Source of the DNA: Mobula hypostoma
Taxonomy: Eukaryota
Direction of reading: 5' to 3'
Assembly: GCF_963921235.1 (NCBI RefSeq)
Contig: NC_086097.1
Span: forward strand, 190,714,001 to 190,778,000
DNA length: 64,000 nucleotides
Shown: positions 39,520-50,670 of the stretch, one piece after another
Position numbering within the stretch: the stretch's first letter is position 1
Layout: each line of letters starts with the position of its first letter
Translations under genes and position numbers: made by a program
Notes under the pieces: model-generated
Databases searched by the model: none
Told to the model about the DNA's origin: nothing
What the model saw: only the letters and a program-made list of their open reading frames with translations

Positions 39520-42397
39520 GTTAATAATTTTATTATCTAAGTATGTATATGTTATATAAACTAATTTAAGATTCATTTTTTGCAGGGAAAAGGAAATACT
39601 ATAGAATTTTATGAAAAACTATACAGTACATAAAGACTGATAAACAGCAGTGAGCAAAAGAAGACAAACTGTGCAAATAAAAATAATTCTGATGAGAACA
39701 AGATTTGAAGTCTGTAGATCATAGAATCAGTTCAGAATAACAATGGATTAAGTCAGGTAATAGCTGTTCCTGAACTTGGTGCTGTGGGTCTGAAGGTTTC
39801 ACTACCTCCTATCCAAAGGTAAGGTTGAGAAGAAGACATGGCCTTGAGGCTTGAAGGTTTTGCAAATTGATGCTGCTTTCTTGTGGCAGCACACCATGAA
39901 AATGGTGGGAGAGGATTCCCCTGTGATGAACTGGGCAGTACCCACTATATTTTGTAATATTTTCTGTTCCTGGTTTTTGGTGTTTCCTTTACAGACTGTG
40001 ATGGAACTAGTTGGTGTACACTCTACAGTGCATCTATAAAAGATCATCAACATTTTTAGTGACATGCCGAGTCTATGCAAAATTCTAGGAAAGTAAAGGC
40101 ACTTTTGTGCCTTCCCTGTGATGATACTTACAGTACGTACCGGTTCCAGGGCAGATCCTCTGATATGCTGACCCCAAGAAATTTAACACCATATGACCAT
40201 AAGATATAGGAGAAGAAATAGGCCAGTTGACCCATCGAGTCCGCTCCGCCATTCAGTCATGGGCAGATCCAATTCTTCCAGTAATCCCCACTCCCCTGCT
40301 TTCTCCCCATTCCCTTTGATGCCGTGGCTAATCAAGAACCTATCTATCTCTGCCTATAATACAACAAATGACTTGGCCTCCACAGCCACTCGTGGCAACA
40401 AATTCCACAGATTTACCTCTATCCGACTAAAGTAATTTCTCCGCATCTCAGTTCTAAATGGGCATCCTTCAATCCTGAAGTCGCGCTATCTTGTCCCAGA
40501 CTTTCTTACCATGGGAAATAACTTTGCCATCTCTAGTCTGTTCCGGCCTTTTAACATTTGGAATGTTTCCTTGAGATCCCCCTTCATTCTCCTGAACTCC
40601 AGGGAATACAGCCCAAGAGCTGCCAGACATTCCTCATACAGTAACCCTTTCATTCCTGGAATCATTCTTATGAATCTTCTCTGAACCTTCTCCAATGTCA
40701 GCATACCCTTTCTAAAATAAGGAGCCCAAAACTGCACACAATACTCCAAGTGTGGTCTCACAAGTGCCTTGTAGAGCCTCAAAATCATATCCCTGCCTTT
40801 ATATTCCATACCTCTAGAAATGAATGCCAACATTGCATTCGCCTTCTTCATAACCGACTCAACCTGGAGGTTAACCTTCAGGGTATCTTGCACAAGGACT
40901 CCCAAATCCCTTTGAACTCTGCACTTTGAATTCTCTCCCCATCTAAATAATAGTCTGCCTGTAGTTTTTCCACCAAAGTGCAAGACCACACACTTTGCAA
41001 CATTGTATTTCATTTGCCACTTCTTTGCCCATTCCCCTGAACCATCTAAGTCTCTCTGCAGGCTCTCTGTTTCCTCAACGCTACCCACAGATTCACCTAT
41101 CTTTGCATCATCGGCATATTTAGCCACAAATCCATTAATCCCATAGTCCAAAGTATTGACCTACATCGTAAAAAACAGCGGTCCCAACACCGACCCCTGT
41201 GGAACTCCATTGGTAACCGGCAGCCAGCCAGAATAGGATCCCTTTATTCCCACTCTCTGTTTTCTGCCGACCAGCCAATGCTCCATCCATGCTAGTAGCT
41301 TCCCTGTAATTCCATGGGCTCTATCTTGCTAAGCAGCCTCATGTGCGGCACCTTGTCAAAGGCCTTCTGAAAATCCAAGTACACCAGGTCTACTGCATCT
41401 CCTTTGTCTACCCTGCTTGTAATTTCCTCAAAAAATTGCAGTAGGTTTGTCAGGCAGGACATTCCTTTCAGGAATCCATGCTGGCTTTGGCCTATCTTGT
41501 CATGTGCCTCCAGGTACTTCATAATCTCATCCCTTACAATCGATTCCAACAACTTCCCAACCACTGACGTCAGGCTAACAGGTCTATAGTTCCTTTTCTG
41601 CTGCCTCCCACCCTTCTTAAAAAGCCGAGTAACATTTGCAATTTTCCAGTCATCCGGTGCAATGCCAGAATCTATCGATCATCATTAATGCCTCTGCAGT
41701 TTCTCCAGCTACTTCCTTCAGAACCTGATGGTGCATTCTATCAGGTCCAGGAGTTTTGTCCGCCTTCAAACCATCAAGCTTCCTGAGCACCTTCTCAGCC
41801 GTAATTTTCACTGCACAAACTTCACTTCCCTGACACTCTTGCATATCTGGTATACTGCAGATGTCTTCCACTGTGAAGACTGGTGCAAAATATGCATTCA
41901 GTTTCTCTGTCATCTCTGCATCTCTCATTACAATATCTCCATAATCATTTTGTATTAGTCCTATGTGTACCCTTGACTCTCTTTTACCCTTTATATACTT
42001 AAGAAAGCTTTTAGTTTCTTCTTTGATATCAGTCACCAGCTTCCTTTCATAATTCACCTTTTCCTTCCTAATTGCCTTCTTAATTTTCTTCTGCAAGTTT
42101 TTAAAAGCTTTTCAATGCTCTATCTTCCCACTAGCTCTGGCTTCCTTGTATGCCCTCACTTTTGCTTTTACTTTGGCTCTGACTTCACTTGTCAGCCACA
42201 GTCGTGTCCTTCTTCCGTTTGAAAATTTGAAGATGCTGACCTCTCCACTTTTGTTCTTCTAATGAGAACTGATCATGATTCTCCTGCAGTCAATAATCAG
42301 CTCTTTGATTTTGGTGACACTGAATGAGAGGTTGGTGTTAGGGCACCATCAATCAGATTTTCAATCTCCCTCCTATATGCTGATTCATCATAACCTT
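39520..42397 (-). mobile_element. Rex1/Babar-like LINE fragment interrupted by a CR1 (40187-42225)
   Basis: ORF 39802-40080 FYRCTVEC..TAQFITG..KKAASI; YDESAYRREIENL at ~42350; AAATTT at both CR1 junctions. Confidence 0.75.
40187..42225 (-). mobile_element. CR1 ORF2 3' part, frameshifted
   Basis: ORFs 41650-42096, 41292-41564 (QHGF..CLTNLL..YLDFQKAFDKVPH), 40486-41151 (KYADD); ACCATATGACCATAAG tail. Confidence 0.93.
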
Positions 42398-42935
42398 TGT
42401 TGGGCTTGCTAAATTTCATTCTGCCATTGAGTGCCGAGTGGTACAGTGATGTGATCAGTGAGAATAGGCAACAAAGCACTGAAGAAACAAGTCATACAAG
42501 GTGTTTGACTCTAACAGAGACTCCAGACAGGAAAGAGTTCCCTAAATTACAGAATGCTGCCACACACTTGACAGGTTATACTCCTGCTAGGTTACTGATG
42601 AGTAGAAGGCTCAGAATATGATTGATCTTAGTCCAGTTACATCTTGAGGGGAGAATGCAAGAGAAACAATCAAAATATAAACAAAATTATGTCATAAACC
42701 ATGTGAAAAAACATTTAAAATAACACATTAGAACTCATATGTTACACCAGTCAACAAATTGAAAATTTGAAAATGGGATGCTGGGATAACGTGACAGTAA
42801 ATGGTGCGATGCAATGCTTTCTATAAATGGGGGGTGTGTGAAATAAACAAGATGTATATGTTTTAACAATTTCCCAGGTCTCTAAGTAATTCATTGTATT
42901 CCTGGCACTACTTAGCAATAGTGTAAGAACTCACA
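42398..42935 (+). mobile_element. Gypsy-like remnant (integrase C-terminal piece, possible PPT/LTR)
   Basis: NAATHLTGYTPARLLMSRRLR resembles the integrase TGxSPAxLLxGRRLR motif; G-run near 42829 followed by TGTG..CACA. Confidence 0.4.
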
Positions 42936-43482
42936 TAAATATTACAAGTAATTATATGAGCCAAATGGAATCTCATCCAATTCTTCCTTAACAAGATATG
43001 GGTTATTTTAAATCTTGACATTACTTAAATGATTATGGCCAATTTCCAAGCTAGAATCATACAGTAAATAATAAAATATGAGGCAGTCAGGGCAGCATGA
43101 TGGTGGGCTTGGTTTCTGGATAGTTTCAGAAACTGGGAAAAATAAGCCTCAGCTTTCCTCATGAGGTTGTGCCAGAATTTGTTCACGCATCTGAATTGTA
43201 CGCAGTCCCAAAGTTGTTATCAAGTTTCAATAATCAAAAGTAAAGGAGGAAATGATCTGATGCCAATATTTCCTGCTAGTAAAACAGATTGAAGCACGAA
43301 AGCTGTGAACCTTATGGATTTGAAATGAACTAAGTGAGTTCAATCACTCAGCTGTTAAGTAATGAGCGATTAAACCAATATGCTGGAGTGAAATTATGAG
43401 TTCTGTAAACTAACATTGTTTACTTAATAATCACATTAAGTTTTTTTGCAGCATTGTTTCTGTGTTCATCTCTTAATTCTTG

Positions 43483-44314
43483 TGTAACGCCCTCACTGTG
43501 CTCATATGCAAACGTGACCTGTTAGCCGGCTCTGCCACCAGCCATGGGACTCAGCGGTGAGAAGGCCACCTTTCATAAACAATAAGCGTCTAGTTTTGGT
43601 ATGATTTGGGGTTCAACCACCGTGATGTCCTGATGAAAGAGACCTCGATTTGAGTGAATGCTGTGTAAATACTGCCCATACACAATTATCAGGCAGCAAG
43701 AGGTAACAGATCATACACTGCATAATATTATAAAGAAAGTATATTTACAAATTTCAGCTTTATCGAACAGTTAGTAAGAAAAAGAAAAGGAAAAAAAGGG
43801 CCATTTCAGTTAACCAGTGCAAATATGTGTATAACTTTGGCACTCATCCTGGAGTTATCTTTTTGAACTCAGGTACTGGACCCACGGTCTGCATCAAAGC
43901 ACACACCATGTTCCGAAAGTCACTCGAAATCCATCTCAAACAAACTTGCTCACCCTCAGGAGTATTGGCCCTTCCTCCTCTGAGCCATTCATCTGCACAA
44001 AGCACTTCATGCAATGGAGACTCTCCTTCCCAACGTATTCTCAGCCATCCTCCCTTATGTCCTCTCCACAGCTCCTGGTAAAAGACCTGTGAACCATATT
44101 GTATGTCACAAATCTTTCTCCTCCCTGCCCTCTTGAACTCTGTCCTGATTCCGCCATCCTGATTTTCAGACACAACATTCCTAAGTTGAGCAACAGAGCT
44201 TCTTATCTCTAGCCGAAAGCAAAACATTCTACCAGCAGGACACATCGCTTTACAGAAACTGCAAAAATAAAGTATCTACTACAGAACAGTAGAATTCTTA
44301 ACCAGGGCATTACA
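43483..44314 (-). mobile_element. Probable solo LTR (~830 bp)
   Basis: TGTAACGCCCT...AGGGCATTACA 11-bp terminal inverted repeat with 1 mismatch; TSD unclear; strand tentative. Confidence 0.6.
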
Positions 44315-44511
44315 TTTACATGCTGTTATTTAAGGGCCAAAATTCTACAGAATTTGTGATTACTGCACCATAACAGAGAGCATTTCAGAATAGAACATAA
44401 AACAGTACAGCACAGGAACAGGCCCTTTGGCTAAAATTTATTATCAAAATACATATATGTCACCATATACAACCCTGAGATTCTTTTTCTGCGGGCATAC
44501 TTAGCAAATGT

Positions 44512-46029
44512 TGTCATGGTCCAGATCGGGGTCTCTTTAAATTTACTTTGTTTATGTTACAATCCGGACTGTTGACTCCCTGTTTCCCTTTGGTTCCCTG
44601 TTTTCCCGTGTCCCTCGGCCTTGGTGATAAGAGGCAATTTACTCTCAGCTGAACCAGTAGTTTATAGTCTCCGGCTCTCAGCTGTCAGTGCGAGAGCGTC
44701 TGCAAAGTCACCAAGGTACGGCGTGCCAATGTCATCTGGCCGGAGCAAGTCTAGTCTCCGCCCGAAGCGAGTGCTAGTAATTCGCCTTTCCTCACTGGAG
44801 TAACCCTGTCAAGTTACCTGGCCAAAGCAAGCCTGCAAAGTTTCCTCACCGAGGTGGGTCCATCAGTTAACCCACCAGAGGGAATCAAGAACCGCTGTCT
44901 ACTGCTCTCCGGCCGAGTCGAGAGCTCGCCACTACCCAGAGGCTTCAAGTCAAGTCCTGGTTCCGGGGGCATCCACGTACCGAGTCAAGTCCCGGTCCTA
45001 GCATTCAAGTTCCGAGTCAAGTCCTGGTGCTGGCGGTCTGTGATTCCTGTCCTACCCCCCTGTCTGAATCCCTTCTCTGCCCCTCTCGCCTCTAGCCCTC
45101 GTCTGCCGCCCTCGCCTGCACTTCGGTCTAGTTCCATCGCCGGAGTTAGATAGGTGCTGTCTGGTGTTTTTTCGCGTTGGTCTTGTCTTGTCCTCGCCTC
45201 CGTGGGGTAAGTCAGGCTGTCTTGCCGTTGCCCCGCGGGGGGTCATGTCTTGTCTTGTCCTCGCCTCCGTGGGGTAAGTCAGGCCGTCTTGCCGTTGCCC
45301 CAGGGGGGGGGCGTCATCTCTTGTCTTGTCTTGTCCTCGCCTCTGTGGGGTAAATCAGGCCATCTTGCTGTTGCCCCGCAGGGGGTCATGTCTTGTCTTG
45401 TCTTGTCTTCGCCTCCATGGGGTAAGTCTGGCCGTCTTGCCGTTGCCCCGGGGGGGGTCATCTCTTGTCTTGTCTTGTACTCGCCTCTGTGGGGTAAGTC
45501 AGGCCATCTTGCCGTTGCCCCGCGTGGGACATGAGTCCCTGCCCTATGTCCTGTACCAAGGAGGGATCCCGGCTCTCTGTTCTATGTGTGAGTCCCTACC
45601 TTATGTCCTGTACCCAAGGAGGGGTCCCGACTCTGTGTTCTGTGTATGTGCCCATGGTTCCATGTACCTGCTCTCCCGAGACGAAGGCTCTGTTTTTCCA
45701 TGTTCCTCCTCTCCCTAGCCCATGTCATGTCAATGCCTGGTTCTGGGGTCCGAGCCCGAGGCAAGACCCAGGTACTGGGTCCTTGCCCAGTCTCTGGCTC
45801 AGAGTCCATACTGTAGCCTCTTCATGTCACCTCTACTGGGATCTGATTCCGAGTCCTAGCCCAGACCCTTAGTCCTAGCCTAGTCGTAGTCCTGAGACCT
45901 TGTCCAATTCGCTATTCCTGCTCCTGCCTTGCTTTCCTGGTATCGAACAATAAACTAAGTTTAATTAACCTCACAAGATGTGTCTTGCGTTTGGGTCCAC
46001 CCTTGCTCCCAATGCCCAGCATTGCGATA
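44512..46029 (+). mobile_element. Large GC-rich solo LTR (~1.5 kb)
   Basis: TGTCA start, decayed CGATA end, AATGT TSD (44507-44511, 46030-46034), AATAAA near 45948. Confidence 0.85.
45181..45650. repeat. Minisatellite inside the LTR: 5 x ~67-72 bp plus 2 x ~57 bp
   Basis: (TCTTG)n TCCTCGCCTCYGTGGGGTAAGTCAGGCC..TTGCCCC..GGGGTCAT units. Confidence 0.95.
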
Positions 46030-46825
46030 AATGTATAGAACAGTAACTGTTAACTGTAAACAAACTGTGAAAATTCAAACATAAATAAATAGCAATGAAT
46101 AAGGAGCATGAAATAACAATATAGCACAGTCCCTAAATGAGTATAGCCATCCTCTTTTGTTCAAGAGTCTGATGGTTGAGGGGTAGTAACTGTTCTTGAA
46201 CCTGCTGGTGTGAGTCCTGTGGCACCTGTACCTGCAACCTGATGGCAGCAGCAAGAAAGGAGCATGGCCTGGGTGGTGAGGATCTTTGATGAGAGATGTT
46301 GCTTTTCTATGGCAATGTTTCATGTAGATGTGCTTAATACTTGGGAGGGTTTTACCTGTGATGTACTGGGCTGAATCCACTAACATTTATGGGATTTTCG
46401 GCTCAAAGGAATTGGTGTTCCCATACCAGGCCATATTAGTAATTTATCTGATTAGTAATCAATTAGTACTCAAATGGTCAACTAAATTAATCCTTTATGC
46501 CTAGATAATGTTCATATCCTTCCATTTTTTCATGTTCATGTGCCTATCTAAGCACCTCATAAAAGTTCCAAATGTATCTGCCTCTACCACCACCCCAGGC
46601 AGAGCAGCCACCACTCTCTGTGTGTCAGACTTGCTCCTCACTTCTCCTTTGACATTACCCCCTCACTTTAAATGCACACCCTCTGGTATAAGACATTTCA
46701 TCCCTAGGAAAAAAGTACTGTCTGTCTATTCTATCTATGCTTCTCATAATCTTATAAACCTCTGTCAGATTTCCTTTCAGCTTCAGCTAAGTTTGTACAA
46801 CCTCTCGTTATTTCACATGCCCTAT

Positions 46826-47428
46826 AAGAGAAACTCTAGGAGAGAAATGTGTGCACGAGCTACCACGAGGAGAAGCTCAGAGACAAGACGAGGGGCCATG
46901 ATTGACTACATCTTTCGCCAATTAAAGCATCATGGAAGATTGAAACATTGAGGCAAATGCAGAGGAAAGGGGAACGGTTCTCAGAGTGAGCTGGGTTGAA
47001 GTCACTGCCTTCAGAGGGGCTGCTGGTTCATGTTCCTGTCTCGCAGGGGCCACTGGTTCAAGTCGCTTCCCACGGAGCCCGATGCTCTCGGAGATCTTAG
47101 CAAAATTCTGAGATTTATGGATTAGCCTGTCGTTCATAGTGGCCTCCTTCAGTTCTGTCTTTTTGTTGGCATTCTCATCCATTGTTTCTTGGATGATCTT
47201 TCAGTTTTTGTGTGAGGGAGGTTGGGGGTGTTTGTGGTTTGTGAGTTTTTGTTTATTTTTCTTTTCATGCAGAGGGGGATTACAACGAGAAGGTCAGTGA
47301 GGGTATTGTTATATTTCTTTCACCTGCTTCTATGGTTTTTTGTATATTAGTTTCATCTGGAGATGACAAATCTCAGTGGTATTCTGCATAAGTACTTTGA
47401 TAATAAAATGAACCTTTGAACTTTTGAA
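46826..47428 (+). mobile_element. Non-coding element with Rex-like 3' tail
   Basis: Interrupts CR1; ends ACAAATCTCAG..TACTTTGATAATAAAATGAACCTTTGAACTTTTGAA. Confidence 0.55.
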
Positions 47429-47454
47429 TTGCTAATCAACTCAGCATCCTAGTT

Positions 47455-47742
47455 TAATTAATTTATTTATTTATTGGGATACAATGTGGAATAGGCCCTT
47501 CCAGCCCTTCGAGCCACGCCGCTCAGCCCTCCCACGATTTAATCCCAGCCTAATGCATGGGACAATTTACAATGACCAATTAACCTACCAACCGAAACCT
47601 TAATGGACTGTGGGAAGAAACAGGAGCACCCGGAGGACACCCACACGGTCACGTGGAGAACTTACAAACTCCTGACAACCAGCGGCAGGAATTGAACCAG
47701 CGTCGCTGATACTGCAAAGTGTTGTGCTAACAGCTATGTTAT
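47455..47742 (-). mobile_element. V-SINE (HE1-like)
   Basis: Minus strand reads GTTAGCACAAC..GGTTCAATTCC..TTCTCCACGTGACCGTGTGGG..CCTCCGGGTGCTCC..CCCACAGTCC; AAAT-repeat tail. Confidence 0.85.
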
Positions 47743-48099
47743 CTTGGTAAACCTCTTCTGTACTCTCTCCAAAACCTTGACATCCTTCCTATAATGGAGA
47801 GTCCAAAACTGAATGCAATACTCTAGCTGTCGTATGACCATAACACATAAGAGAAGAATAAGGCCATTCAGCCCTTCAAGTTTGCACCACCATTGGCTGA
47901 TCCTGGATCCCACTCAACTCCATTCCCCTGCCATCTTGCCATATTCTTTGATGCCACCCAACTTCAACTGCTGACTGACAATGTCAAAGAAATGGAGCTA
48001 GAAGTATTCAGGCTGGAAGACTGAAAATCTCATTGATGAAGCGTTTAATGATAGGATCACACTTAGAGGGCAGGGAAAATTTTGCAATTTGCCTTATCT

Positions 48100-50670
48100 T
48101 AAGACTTTAGGAGTTGTGATCACTGTTCCTTAACAGTTCATCCACTGAAGAGTTGGTCACCTGGCCAGGCTCATTACCCAGTAGCAAATCCAGTACAGCC
48201 CCTCCACTTGTTGGACAATGTACATAGTGAATTATGAAGCCCTCCCGAAGTTACCTAATAATTCTGCCCCATCTAAATCTCTTGCACTGAGAGTGTCCCA
48301 GTTTATATTAGGAATGTTGAAGCCCCCCATGATAACAACCCTAATATGATCAGATGTTTCCTTCATTTGCCCGCATATCTGTTCCCCAATGCCCCTATTG
48401 GGCGGTCTGTAGTCGTGGCTATCCCTCGAGGTTGAGGATGATGGTCTTCATTCTGTTGATCTACATATGGGCTCTCAAATGGCTTATGAGTCCAATCTTG
48501 GCTTTGAAAGTTCTTCCGCATTCAGGACAGGTAGTTCCAGATGGCAGATCGGGCTTTGGTTGTTGCTGCCTCTCTTTCCATTTTCTTCTCTTTTCTTCTA
48601 ATTCTGCACATCTGTTGGCTTTGAAAGTTGCTGTTCCTTCTTGGATGATGGCTTGCCAGAGTTTCTTGTCCTTGGTATTGGTTTCCCAGTTGTCGATGTC
48701 GATGTTACATTTCTTCATGTTGGCTTTTAAGATGTCTTTGAATCTCTTCTGTTGTCCGCCTCTTTTATGTTTGCCTTCTTTAAGCTGGGAGTAGAAGATT
48801 TGTTTCGACAGACGTTCGTCTTTCATCCGAACAATATGACCGTTCCATCTTAGTTGGTTCTTGATGACATAGGCTTCAATATTTGTTGTTTTTGCTTCAT
48901 TTAGCACACTGATGTTGGTTCTTGTATCTTCCCAGCCGATATTTAAGATGTTTTGAAGACAGTGTTGATGGAACTTTTCAAGTGCCTTCAGATGTCGTCG
49001 GCATATTGTCCAGGTTTCTGATGCATACAGGAGCGTTGGGATTACCACTGCTTTGTACACTAACATTTTGGTGTCTGTTTGGATGTCACAACCATGAAAG
49101 ACTCTTGTTCGGAGATGTCCAAAAGCTGTTCCAGAGCATTTAAGACAATGTTGGATCTCGTCATTAAGGTCGACATTGGAGGAGAGTTGATTTGCAAGAT
49201 ACGGAAAGTGGTCCATGTTTTCCAGGGTTGTTTAGTCAAGTTGAAATGATGGTTCTATCCAATTCGTCTCAATTGGTGATGGTTGATAGATGATCTGAAT
49301 CTTCTTGGAATTGATGGTAAGTCCAAGTTTCGTGTATGCATGGTTGAAGGCAGTCAGAATGTAGTACAATCCTATCAGAGTGACTGCACCCTTCCTATTT
49401 TTGTGTTCTACCCATATAGACTATGCAGATGAGTCCAGGGTTATGTCACCTCTGAGTGCAGCAGTGATATTGTTCCTGATGGGTTTTGCAACTCCCCCAC
49501 CTCTTTTACCTTCATCTCTATCTTTTCTAAAACATTGAAACCCTGGGACATTAAGCACCTATTCCTGTCCCATTTTCAACCAGGTCCCGTAATGGCCACA
49601 TCATCATTGATCCTTTTACTGATCCATCACCTTTACCCATTATACACCCAACATTAAAATACACTTTCTTCAAACTAGTCATCCTATCATATCTATTGGT
49701 TTTCCTGCCAGTTTTTACTGGCCCTGACATCGACCCTCTTCTGCATCCTACCACTTTCTGGTCTGGTGCTCTGGTTTGCATTCCCCTGGTGAGAATCCCA
49801 AGTGAAACTTCCAGCCATGATACTGTGATACTGATTCCCTTCCAATTCAAGTGCAACCTGTCCTGCTTGTACAAGTCACTCCTGCCCCAGAAGAGATCCC
49901 AACGATCCAAGAACCTGAAACACTGCCCCCTGCACCAGTTCCTCAGCCACTCATTTATCTGTTCTACCATCCTATTCCTATCCTCACTAGCATATTGCAG
50001 TGGGAGTAATCCAGAGATTACTACCTGGAGGTCCTGCCCTTCAGCCTCTTTCCTAAATCCCTGTGCTCACTGCGCAGGACCTCTTCCCCCTTTCTACCTA
50101 TGTCATTGGTGCCAATGTGCACCACACACTCTGGCTGCTCACCTTGAGAAAATTCTGAGACATCCTGGACTCTAGCACCTGGGAGGCAATGCGGGGTGTC
50201 TCTTTCTCAGCCACAGAATCTCCTGTCTGTTCTCCCTACTGTTAAGCCTCCTATCACTACTACTATGCCTAGTTTACCCTTCCCTGCTGAGCCTCAGAGC
50301 CAACCACAGTGCTGCTGTTGTCCTGTGACATGTCATCGCCCCAGCGGTACCCAAAGGGGTTTTCTTGTTGCTGAGGGGAATTGCAACAGGGGGACCCTAC
50401 TCGGACTGCTTACTCCCCTTAATCGTCCTGGTGGTCACCCATCTACTACCTAAAGCCTGCACTCTGGGTGTAACCACCTCATCAAAAGCTTCATCAACGA
50501 GATTTTAGTCTCCCGGCCTGAGTACATCCAACTCCATTTCCTTGCTGTTGTCATTCAGGAGCTGAAGTTGGGTGCACTTCCTACAAATGTAGTCATCAGG
50601 GAGACTGTTAGTATCCTGAAATCTTACATCTCACAGGAGAAGCATTCCACTGCTTTCCTGCCTACACTGA
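48100..50670 (-). mobile_element. CR1 5' part: ORF1 (SGNH esterase) and APE endonuclease, decayed
   Basis: ORF 49551-49970 INEWLRNWC..FRFLDRW..LYKQDRLHLN; YYRPPN and VIMGGFN endonuclease motifs at 48310-48413. Confidence 0.8.
48414..49359 (-). mobile_element. 5'-truncated RTE (BovB-like) LINE inserted into the CR1 endonuclease
   Basis: Open 251-aa ORF FPYL..VYKAVVIPTLLYASETWT..GGQQKRFKD..CPECGRTF..SHLRAH; TGTAGT at both junctions (48408-48413, 49360-49365). Confidence 0.92.

Larger units (their letters stand above)
44434..46435 (-). mobile_element. Rex1/Babar-like LINE 3' end split by a solo LTR
   Basis: ORF 46075-46386 SAQYITG..KDPHHPGH..LLPSG..RFKNSYYPSTIRLLN; tail at 44434-44511. Confidence 0.85.
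44388..47830 (-). mobile_element. Old CR1 3' fragment broken by nested insertions
   Basis: CR1 tail at 44388-44431; CR1 sequence resumes at ~46440-46820 and ~47745-47830. Confidence 0.7.

Noticed and set aside
43844..44245. 133-aa ORF
   Set aside because: It lies inside a probable solo LTR and has no recognisable motifs
45181..45524. CRISPR-like repeat array
   Set aside because: Units are contiguous with no unique spacers, there are no cas genes, and the array lies inside a eukaryotic LTR
48354..48794. 146-aa hydrophobic plus-strand ORF
   Set aside because: It is the antisense shadow of the RTE ORF; ORFs antisense to CR1 copies were rejected for the same reason
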